A stretch of DNA of 64,000 nucleotides, taken from NCBI GenBank assembly GCA_045123255.1, contig JBGVIN010000023.1:7247-71246 (forward strand), read 5' to 3'. The notes under the pieces are model-generated. The model saw only the letters and a list, made by a program, of their open reading frames with translations, was not told the DNA's origin and did no database searches. Numbering within the stretch: position 1 is the stretch's first letter; every line of letters starts with the position of its first letter. Both the position numbers and the translations under genes were made by a program. Origin of the DNA: Eubacteriales bacterium. GTDB taxonomy: Bacteria > Bacillota > Clostridia > Oscillospirales > CAG-272. This document shows, in pieces, positions 49,401 to 56,185 of this stretch.

Positions 49401-50022
49401 ACTTTGTAGGCTCAATTATTGAAACGTATTGGTTGCCGTATTGATGTATGCCTGTTGCAGGAACCTGTGCAAAGGTTCTGTCATGTCCGCATCCGCGAGT
49501 GCAATATTCGTGTGAATATCCGTCCTCGGCACAGGTAACGGGATATACGTCTACCTTTAGGTCGTGGCCGAGCTTTGTGATATTAGTAAACGTTTCGAGT
49601 CCGCATTTTACGCACTTTGTGGTTTCTCTACCGTTTTTGTCACAGGTTGCAGCGTAGGATTTTTCCGCAACAACGTAAGTTTCCTCGTGCTGACAATATC
49701 CACCGCCTCCCGCATACCAAGCGGTAAGGGTGATATTTTCAGTTACAGTGCCTGTTTCAAAATTCCATTTAGAGCTTGAGGATTTACCTGCATACCAGCC
49801 GGAGAAGATAGCTCCGTTTTTGGTAGGCTTCGATGGCTCGGGAATTTTGTCACCTTCCTTAACCTCAATTGTCAAGCTGCCACTAAATTCACCGCCGTTA
49901 GGATTGAACGTAACGGTATATGATGGACGGCCGTCATCACCGCCTCCGTCACAGGATGCGAGGATGAAAACGGAGAGAAGACAAACGAGTATCAAGGAAG
50001 CTATAAGTAATTTCTTTTTCAT
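46429..50022 (-). CDS. Large surface lipoprotein: Listeria-Bacteroides repeat, Cys-rich modules, two discoidin-like domains, CE4 deacetylase-like domain
   Basis: Signal peptide plus lipobox (ILASC). YTVTFNPNGGEFSG...FSGWY is the Listeria-Bacteroides (Flg_new-type) repeat. Repeated C-x(n)-C-x2-CG...GH modules are present. Also TFWCAD/TYWQTD discoidin-like segments, and TFDDGNY...GSHSYTHG CE4 motifs. Confidence 0.8.
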   Translation of the reverse strand: MKKKLLIASLILVCLLSVFILASCDGGGDDGRPSYTVTFNPNGGEFSGSLTIEVKEGDKIPEPSKPTKNGAIFSGWYAGKSSSSKWNFETGTVTENITLTAWYAGGGGYCQHEETYVVAEKSYAATCDKNGRETTKCVKCGLETFTNITKLGHDLKVDVYPVTCAEDGYSHEYCTRGCGHDRTFAQVPATGIHQYGNQYVSIIEPTKYTGGQEAKICDVCGKQQIFDIPPVSEMEDLLWEINIGNYTYTGGKYVDASFVDIAKTAGIFATSYYTVCSIDKAIDNSASTFWCADTLADGASFSGDTITLSFAQKFDIGMISMIVPYYYSWELGEDCYVSYDLEALIDGEWVFVANLSDKNAVSAGVNGTVAYELDTPVNTDALRFTVKNSSRYTPAMIYDISVMAHVENTERVVTDLVSSSSYSVSGKYNSWAPGGEKIYDGSLLTYWQTDYNQKGGSGDVFATITLPEDMFIAAVQFAVPGNNNKKFEIYYLDENGEWVKGSTCEVVRGKEITTRTSGDLNASGEIITVKNGTANESRAIFTVDIERFTSSIKLVVAHEAEYWTSYVYEFTAFTAVEQAVISSPSNPNGIEQYSGCKHGSFKTVETVSPNCTDAGYTLVECYGCGLQTKTDAIDSYGHLWGEYEILTAASGTDAGTKHSVCLKPDCDAERITNYYNEYKDINITTYKNNAPAAWAQTFDDGNYIGTYEWLIPKLQHYGWKATAVLSITFCDAYVENWQEYFKTGVLDLGSHSYTHGGYYSGVISENSLISDVHNAHYWFMSKFAGQRLLAFATPNGATSVSTSEFVTGIMASARNGGNSKYFYNIIDELKTNGYGQSAYVGSITVDPETGEVIFTQDTLTSTGEPVWISTRRAWGNFNSYISKADQTEGPYVFVTKDGKIASQKYKAVTEIPVIDEATGEQKVDENGNLVWEKLSKAQYEKTDGGYTYDNGKYTFVENGGTHSLIKLPNEYVYVENSKVGTNYVYDTESNRLKDVGITSGTYKYVELRDENGKLLDNYFEWVEVGSYDLVGGEFVFRNDDGGQYKMNHTALGSYEKGINEILTVGGMTVECLHEIGQGGTIWSTYASTNSKFKYLSQTGIWVCSYTELIQYMKEQLSATVETISRSESEVVFNLTDTLDDIMYNYALTVEVDVDDSWTEENITATQNGEAVEFFVKNGFVYVNAVPDRGNVVISYNA

Positions 50023-50118
50023 TTTTTCTCCTTGTCTTGTACGGAAAACCGTACGGGAATGTGCTGTTTTACAAAAGTTCCCCCGAAAAATATTTTTCGA
50101 GGGAACAAGTCAGTCTTA

Positions 50119-51324
50119 TTATTGTGGAACTACGAGAATAGCGATTTCGCTCCAGTAGTCTGTACCGTTTGAAGGTGATGGCTGAGTTACAACAATCTTT
50201 GTAACCTCTTTGCCGTACTTGCCAACGTCAAATGACTTTGTTGCACCGTCGCCTGAACCGAACGCACCAACACCGAGGTCTTGTTGAGTACCGTCGCTAA
50301 AGAATACAACTACGTTATAAGCAGCTGCGCCGAAGCCTGTAACTGCAATAAGGTCAACCTTTGTTGCTTGCTTTGCGTTAATTGTAACTGTCAAAGCACC
50401 TGTACCCTTACCTGCGATAGGTCTATCTGTGTAGTTGTTATCGAAAAGGTTTGCACCCTTGTCGCCGCCCCAGCAGTCGCCGTCAACGATAGGTGTATTA
50501 AATGAGCCGTATGCGATGTTTTCGAGCGGATCTGCTTCCTTTTCATCACATTCTACGCAAATACGTGAACGTACCATACCGTTATCTGATGCAGCGATAA
50601 TCCAGTTACCGAACTTATGTCCTGTAGCAGGTTGAGTTATGTTATATTCTGTATGACCGCAAATGCCGCAAACTCTTGATGATGTAGCGTCTTGTGTACA
50701 GGTTGCTTCTGTAGCCTCCTGCCAAGCGTTCCATGGGTGGTTTTCTGTTCCGTCGTAGCAGTAAATGATTTGCTCCCAAGTTGGTGTAAGAACTATATCG
50801 CCATCAATCTTTGATGTGATAGTGATTGTGTTGTTGTTTTGGTCCTTCCAGCCCTTGAACTTGTAGTCAGGACGGGTAGCATATGGCATTGAGTTAATAA
50901 CGGTTGAAATTCTTTCACCCTTAACAACCTCTACGAAGAGGTCGCCAACGAGCTGCTCGCCAAGACCCTCAGAAACTGAGAACTCAACTGTAACAAGGTC
51001 GCCCTTAGGTGCCCAAAGAGCAACGATTTCCATATCGTATTCTGCCTTTGTTCTACGGTCAACTTCCCATCTTTCGTTACCGTCCTCGTACCAGCCGAGG
51101 AATTCGTAACCGCCTCTTGTAGGAGTTGGAAGCTTACCGATTGATTCGCCGATAGCAACTTCAAATTCGTCTGATTCGTTAGCACCGAGAGTGCCGCCGT
51201 TTGGATCAAGGTAAATAGTAACCTTTTCAACGTCGTCCTGTCCGCCTGTACAAGCAACAAGCGTAAGAGCGAAGATAGAAACGAGAACTAAGAGAACTAC
51301 CTTAATAAGTGTGTTTCTTTTCAT
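50119..51324 (-). CDS. Surface lipoprotein: two Listeria-Bacteroides repeats, Cys-rich module, discoidin-like C-terminus
   Basis: Lipobox LVAC. IYLDPNGGTLG...FLGWYED and FKGWKD repeats. CTQDATSSRVCGICGHTEY...GHKF module. Confidence 0.75.
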   Translation of the reverse strand: MKRNTLIKVVLLVLVSIFALTLVACTGGQDDVEKVTIYLDPNGGTLGANESDEFEVAIGESIGKLPTPTRGGYEFLGWYEDGNERWEVDRRTKAEYDMEIVALWAPKGDLVTVEFSVSEGLGEQLVGDLFVEVVKGERISTVINSMPYATRPDYKFKGWKDQNNNTITITSKIDGDIVLTPTWEQIIYCYDGTENHPWNAWQEATEATCTQDATSSRVCGICGHTEYNITQPATGHKFGNWIIAASDNGMVRSRICVECDEKEADPLENIAYGSFNTPIVDGDCWGGDKGANLFDNNYTDRPIAGKGTGALTVTINAKQATKVDLIAVTGFGAAAYNVVVFFSDGTQQDLGVGAFGSGDGATKSFDVGKYGKEVTKIVVTQPSPSNGTDYWSEIAILVVPQ

Positions 51325-51471
51325 TTTGTTATTCCTTTCGAAAATGATATTTTGACGCGCCCGCGTATAGGCGCAATCTTTTGCCTAATAATTATAACAA
51401 AAAAACGGCGCAAAGTAAATAGGCAAGTGGCTAAATTGCCCATTTCTACATTTTGCACAAAAACGAGAGCG

Positions 51472-51509
51472 AAAAAAGAAAATGCACAACGCTTAAATTG
51501 TGCATTTTC
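51472..51509 (-). terminator. Terminator downstream of array C and the DUF4886 gene
   Basis: A 12-bp stem gaaaatgcacaa/ttgtgcattttc, followed on the minus strand by a T-run. Confidence 0.75.
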
Positions 51510-51526
51510 ACTATATTATAAATAAA

Positions 51527-51705
51527 ATGAATTGAAGCAAAGCTTCATAAATTGTAACTATGTTACATAAATTGCGCCGTTGGCATATGTATTGTCGCAA
51601 AGCAACATTAAAAATGACGTTAGTCAATTCATGGCGTTTGCCAATTCATGTTTCGCAGAAACAATTCATGACGAAGTCAATTCATGTTTCAAAGAAACAA
51701 TTCAT
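51527..51705. repeat. Hairpin/linker array C (10 hairpins; ATGAATT-like linkers, then AATTCAT x5)
   Basis: The 10 hairpins are gaagcAAAgcttc, gtaacTATgttac, gccGTTggc, gtcgcAAAgcaac, gacGTTAgtc, ggcGTTTgcc, gtttcGCAgaaac, gacGAAgtc and gtttcAAAgaaac, with gccGTTggc set in gcgccgttggca. The last linker contains the TGA stop of 51702..52421. Confidence 0.85.
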
Positions 51706-52421
51706 CCCTTGTAGGTCAGGTCGCGGGCAATTTCCTTTAGCTTTTGGCAAATTTCGGGGTCTGTGTCCTCGGGCTCGTAGGAAACAAGTGTTGCGTCATT
51801 ACCTGTGAAGAAGCCGTACATAGTTAAGCCGGCGAGATATCTGCCGTAGTCAAGAGAGAGGTGAAAGCCGTCGCGGTTGATGTTTCTTTCACCTTGAAAT
51901 TCGGGCAAATCACGTGCTGCCTCAATTGCTTCACCGTTTGGAATTACCTCTAAGCCGTGCTTAGCTGCAAAGAAATTGCTCGTTTCTATAATAGCCGCAA
52001 TCATTTTCTTACGGTTGTTATCATAATTTACAAAGCCTGCGTGTGTGCTTTTGTCGTCGTACGCCCAGGTTCTGTGGAAAACTATTCTTGCTTTCGGGCA
52101 TTTTTCCTTTATAAATTCCAAAATGTTAGTAAGAAATGGCTCATAGGTCTCGGGCATACCCGAAAAATGGCTAACCTGCTGAACGGTTATAAAATCCCAT
52201 TTTTTCTTTGTGAGCGCATCATTTATAGACATCATTTTGAGCATTCTGCCGTTTTTTTGCCATTCGTAGTCGGCGCGAGCTTCGACAATATTATTCCAAT
52301 GAGTTTCAAGAGAGCAGCCGCCAATATAAAGGTTGCGTACGTAAATTTCCTCATTTGAAATCTGATGTAAATATCTCGTTGAGTCCTGCGAAAAGCTGTT
52401 TCCTATACAAAGTACGTTCAT
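51702..52421 (-). CDS. DUF4886-like SGNH/GDSL-fold hydrolase
   Basis: The ORF is trimmed to the ATG at 52421 (AAAGGAGAA upstream). N-terminus MNVLCIGNSFSQDSTRYL. The longer ORF extension runs through array D. Confidence 0.7.
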   Translation of the reverse strand: MNVLCIGNSFSQDSTRYLHQISNEEIYVRNLYIGGCSLETHWNNIVEARADYEWQKNGRMLKMMSINDALTKKKWDFITVQQVSHFSGMPETYEPFLTNILEFIKEKCPKARIVFHRTWAYDDKSTHAGFVNYDNNRKKMIAAIIETSNFFAAKHGLEVIPNGEAIEAARDLPEFQGERNINRDGFHLSLDYGRYLAGLTMYGFFTGNDATLVSYEPEDTDPEICQKLKEIARDLTYKG

Positions 52422-52443
52422 ATTAGTTCTCCTTTTAGTCGAA

Positions 52444-52645
52444 ATGAATTGTGCCAATGGCACATGAATTGTTGCGAAGCAACATGAAATGAAGCAGAGC
52501 TTCATAAATTGTGACAAAGCACATTAATTGTTTTTCTGAAACATGAATTGGCTCCGCCATGTTCTTTTAATGCCAACGGCAATTCATGACACATTGTGTC
52601 AATTCATGTCCGTAGGACAATTCATGATGCCACGCATCAATTCAT
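52444..52645. repeat. Hairpin/linker array D (10 hairpins; ATGAATT-type x6, centre, AATTCAT x4)
   Basis: Left hairpins are gtgccAATggcac, gttgcGAAgcaac, gaagcAGAgcttc, gtgacAAAgcac, gtttTTCTGaaac and ggcTCCgcc. After the centre come gccAACggc, gacacATTgtgtc, gtccGTAggac and gatgcCACgcatc. The last linker contains the TGA stop of the radical SAM gene. Confidence 0.85.
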
Positions 52646-53598
52646 GTGTCAACACGTATCCCTTGATACGTGCCGCGCTTTAGTAGCTCCTTGTCAATAT
52701 CGTTTATTACCGTTACCTTTTTTCTTGACCATTCGGGGGCGAGAAGCGTGCTTGCAATTCCGTCACCCGTCACTCGCTCGATAACTATATCGTCAGGGAG
52801 CAGCTCAATTTGGTCGCAAACGGTATCAATATACTCCTGCCTGTCGATGGGCGTATATTCGCCTCTTTCGTACATTTTGGCGAGGGGAGTGTCTGAAATT
52901 ACGTGTAAAAGGTGAATTTTAACAAGGTCGGGATGCAAATTTCGTACACGTATCGCGGTATTTTTCATATCCTCGCGTCCCTCACCCGGCAAGCCGTTTA
53001 TAATGTGTATGCCGATTTTTACGTCGGGCGCTCCGCGCCTGAGGCGATTAAAGCCGTCAACGAAGGCTGCAAAATCGTGTCCGCGGTTGATTAGCTTGGC
53101 GGTTTTATCGTTCGCGGTTTGAAGTCCAAGCTCAACCGTTAGCGGTATTTTTTGCGAAATTTCATTCAAAACGGAAATTATTTCGTCGCTAAGACAGTCC
53201 GCGCGCGTTGCGACGTCAACCATCACGCAACCCTCAAATTTAGACACGTGGTCCAGGATTTTTCTTAAATTATCGGGGGACGTGTGCGTATTTGTGTATG
53301 CTTGCAGATAGGGAATGAAGCTTTTTGTTTGCCATTTCTTGCTCAAAACCGCAATTCCCTCACGGTATTGCTCCGAAAGCGGTAGGCAAGCGCGAGAAAG
53401 CCCTGCGCCGCTTCCACCCGAGCAGTAAATACAGCCGCCTGTTCCAACAGTACCGTCAATATTCGGACAGCTAAAGCCACAGTCAAGCGGAATTTTTGCA
53501 CATTTTTCGCCAAAGCGGTGCTTTAAGTAGTAGTCATAGGTGTGATATCGCTTGTTCGTATCGCTATACTTGAAAGGATTTTTGTCAACCTGTGAAAT
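52642..53598 (-). CDS. TIGR01212-family radical SAM protein (YtqA-like), non-canonical start
   Basis: The reading frame is open from 53673 down to the stop. The part upstream of the track ORF encodes NKRYHTYDYYLKHRFGEKCAKIPLDCGFSCPNIDGTVGTGGCIYCS (family N-terminus and Cys cluster). There is no ATG/GTG/TTG before 53346. ATT codons at 53596..53601 follow GGGGGCGG. Confidence 0.7.
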   Translation of the reverse strand: MSQVDKNPFKYSDTNKRYHTYDYYLKHRFGEKCAKIPLDCGFSCPNIDGTVGTGGCIYCSGGSGAGLSRACLPLSEQYREGIAVLSKKWQTKSFIPYLQAYTNTHTSPDNLRKILDHVSKFEGCVMVDVATRADCLSDEIISVLNEISQKIPLTVELGLQTANDKTAKLINRGHDFAAFVDGFNRLRRGAPDVKIGIHIINGLPGEGREDMKNTAIRVRNLHPDLVKIHLLHVISDTPLAKMYERGEYTPIDRQEYIDTVCDQIELLPDDIVIERVTGDGIASTLLAPEWSRKKVTVINDIDKELLKRGTYQGIRVDT

Positions 53599-53726
53599 AA
53601 TACCGCCCCCTTGACTTAAAAAATTTTCGCGCTTCGCGCTATAAGGATATTTTACAACAAAGGCAAGGCGAAATCAAGGCAAATGGAAAAATAAAAACAA
53701 AAATCGACAGGCAAAGCCTGTCGATT

Positions 53727-53802
53727 TGGAGCTACTAATCGGAATCGAACCGATGACCTCATCCTTACCAAGGATGTGCTCTACCAACTGAGCCATAGTA
53801 GC
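53727..53802 (-). tRNA. tRNA-Thr (anticodon GGU), CCA encoded
   Basis: The minus strand reads GCTACTA-TG-GCTC-AGTTGGTA-GAGC-A-CATCC-TTGGTAA-GGATG-AGGTC-ATCGG-TTCGATT-CCGAT-TAGTAGC-T-CCA. This gives a canonical 76-nt cloverleaf. Confidence 0.9.
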
Positions 53803-53813
53803 ATTGCGAAAAT

Positions 53814-53842
53814 ATTATAGCAAATAGAAATGTGTTTGTCAA
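53814..53842 (-). promoter_or_regulatory. Sigma-A-type promoter of tRNA-Thr
   Basis: The minus strand carries TTGACA, a 17-nt spacer and TATAAT. The -10 element ends about 11 nt before the tRNA 5' end. Confidence 0.7.
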
Positions 53843-54109
53843 GCGATTTTTTGAAATCAAGAAAAATAAATCTGTCAAGCTATGTATTGACTTGATTTCA
53901 TTTTTGATTATCGCTCTTGCCGACTATTTTAATAATCGCCGAGATAAATAAAAAAAGAAAAACCGCCCAGCGTCCAAACTAGCGGTTAATTCTTTAATCG
54001 TTTTAGAGGAGGCAGCCGTCATCGGTGCTCTCCGTTATTATTATACCTCTTTGGCATCATAATGTCAATACTTTATAAAAATTTTGTTCTACCGCCGCTA
54101 TTGCGCCCT

Positions 54110-54589
54110 CTAAAGAATGAAGTCGTCGGGAACAGGAGACTTCACCTCAAGTCTCTTTTTGAGGTTATACTCACTGCGTGGGTTTATAAGCTCACGGTAG
54201 TCAAGGTCGCCGCGCTCAAGTGCGGTAACGATTGTTTCTGCGGTTGCGATATTCGTTGCAAGCAACGTGTTATGCACGTCGCAAAGGCGCAAAAGGTTTT
54301 GCTCAACCGCTAAGTGACCGCTATAATATGAATCGTTATGCGGTGAGGTTGAACGGAAATAGAAAAGAATGTCTATTTCGTCATACGCAATACGTGAAGC
54401 GATTTGCTGCTCACCTCCGAGCGCACCCGAAAGAAGCTTTTCTATTTTAAGCCCCGTTGCCTCGGAAATATACTGTCCTGTTGTGCTTGTGGCACAGATA
54501 GAGTGCTTACTTAAAATTCCGCAATAAGCAATACAAAACTGCGTTATCAGCTCTTTTTTAGTGTCGTCTGCAATGATGGCGATTTCCAT
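54110..54589 (-). CDS. mgsA: Methylglyoxal synthase-like protein
   Basis: MEIAIIADDTKKELITQFCIAY...ICATSTTG...LSGALGGEQQIA...LLRLCDVHNTLLATNIATAE. It has a short insertion relative to the canonical MgsA as I recall it. Confidence 0.8.
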   Translation of the reverse strand: MEIAIIADDTKKELITQFCIAYCGILSKHSICATSTTGQYISEATGLKIEKLLSGALGGEQQIASRIAYDEIDILFYFRSTSPHNDSYYSGHLAVEQNLLRLCDVHNTLLATNIATAETIVTALERGDLDYRELINPRSEYNLKKRLEVKSPVPDDFIL

Positions 54590-54843
54590 AGGTAAACACC
54601 TCCTAAAATTTTCGTAAGCCTCGCTTCTTTTTTATAATACCACAATCAAACGGCGTTGTCAATAAAAACGGCAATATTTTTGTATTTTTTGCCCAAAAGC
54701 GTGCTAAAATTTATATCTTAAAAATGACCTTTTCGTCATTATAGCCAAAAATCAAGCACTTAATTCTATTAAATGCACAAAAAATCTTTTTTTGCGCTAC
54801 TATTATTTATACAATATTTTGTTAAAAAATATGACGAATAATA

Positions 54844-54872
54844 TTGACAAATTAGATATGTTTTGATATAAT
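54844..54872 (+). promoter_or_regulatory. Sigma-A-type promoter of the pyr operon
   Basis: TTGACA (54844), a 17-nt spacer and TATAAT (54867), about 30 nt upstream of the pyrC ATG. Confidence 0.65.
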
Positions 54873-54900
54873 ATTAAAAATATTTAAGGAGGACTTACAA

Positions 54901-56097
54901 ATGAAGCTTTACACACCGTTTAAGGTTAATGAAAATTTTGTAAGTGATGCTCTTTTCGGTACCACCGTTTTCGGTAATGATAATATCGTTATTTTTCCCG
55001 GTTTTTGTGATGTGCACGTTCACTTCAGAGAGCCGGGCTTTTCTTATAAAGAAACGGTAAAAACGGGCTCACTCGCGGCGTCGAACGGCGGCTATACGGA
55101 CGTTTGCACAATGCCAAACCTAAAGCCCGCACCCGACACAAGGAAAAATTTAGAGGTTCAGCTCGATATAATAAAAAAGGACGCAAAAATCGGCGTACAT
55201 CCGCTCGGCACGATAACCAAGGGTCAAGGCGGTGACGAGGTTGCGGATTTTGAAAAAATGAAGGATTTGGCTATCGCCTTTTCCGACGACGGCCGCGGCG
55301 TGCAGAGCGATACGGTAATGGCGCTTGCAATGCAAAAGGCAAGGGAGCTTGACAAAATTATCGTTGCACACTGTGAGGTTAACGATTTACTAAACGGCGG
55401 CTACATTCACGACGGAGAGTTTTGCCAAAAAAACGGAATGAAGGGCATTTCGTCCGAGAGTGAATGGGCGCAGGTTAAGCGCGATATAGAATTAGTTAAG
55501 AAAATAGGCTGTAAATATCACGTTTGCCACATTTCAACGAAGGAAACGGTTGAGTTAATTAGACAGGCAAAGCGCGACGGCGTTGACATCACCTGTGAAA
55601 CAGGACCGCACTACTTAGTTCTTAACGATATGCAAATTAAGGACGAGGGACGATTTAAGATGAACCCGCCGATAAGGAGCGAGAGCGACCGCTTAGCACT
55701 TATCGAGGGAATAAAGGACGGCACGATAGATATGATTGCCACCGACCACGCGCCACACTCAAAGGAGGAAAAGAGCAAGGGTCTTAGCGGCAGCAACATG
55801 GGTGTTGTCGGACTTGAAACCGCATTTGCGGTAATGTACACACACCTTGTAAAAACGGGTGAGATTACCTTGGAAAAGCTACTTGACCTTATGTGCTACA
55901 ATCCAAGAAAGCGCTTTGGAATTGAGCTCGGCGAGTCATATACGGTCTTTGACCTTAGCAAAAAATTCACCGTCGACCCCGAAAAATTCCTTTCTATGGG
56001 CAAAGCAACTCCATTTGAGGGCTGCGAGCTGTACGGAGAGTGCTTGCTAACAGTCAAGGACGGCAAAATAGTTACACTAAACGGCAAAGAAAATTAA
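54901..56097 (+). CDS. pyrC: Dihydroorotase
   Basis: FCDVHVHFREPG, ATDHAPH and related motifs. AAGGAGG is upstream. Confidence 0.92.
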   Translation: MKLYTPFKVNENFVSDALFGTTVFGNDNIVIFPGFCDVHVHFREPGFSYKETVKTGSLAASNGGYTDVCTMPNLKPAPDTRKNLEVQLDIIKKDAKIGVHPLGTITKGQGGDEVADFEKMKDLAIAFSDDGRGVQSDTVMALAMQKARELDKIIVAHCEVNDLLNGGYIHDGEFCQKNGMKGISSESEWAQVKRDIELVKKIGCKYHVCHISTKETVELIRQAKRDGVDITCETGPHYLVLNDMQIKDEGRFKMNPPIRSESDRLALIEGIKDGTIDMIATDHAPHSKEEKSKGLSGSNMGVVGLETAFAVMYTHLVKTGEITLEKLLDLMCYNPRKRFGIELGESYTVFDLSKKFTVDPEKFLSMGKATPFEGCELYGECLLTVKDGKIVTLNGKEN

Positions 56098-56185
56098 TCG
56101 GTAAAAATAAGAATTTACATAAATAACGAAAAAACAAGAGTAAAGAAAAAAGAGCTGTAAAGTTCAATTGGAAAAGGAGTAAAAA

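Noticed and set aside
52422-52517. The 32-codon N-terminal extension of the DUF4886 ORF, and plus-strand ORFs 51560..51808 and 52596..52784.
   Set aside because: They are read through arrays C and D. A strong RBS plus ATG at 52421 gives a normal N-terminus (MNVLCIGNSFSQD).
53940-54060. Small ncRNA between mgsA and tRNA-Thr.
   Set aside because: The two hairpins (ggaggcagccg-tcat-cggtgctctcc, and aaccgc...gcggtt followed by a T-run on the minus strand) are adequately explained as the mgsA terminator region. No further conserved-looking structure is present.
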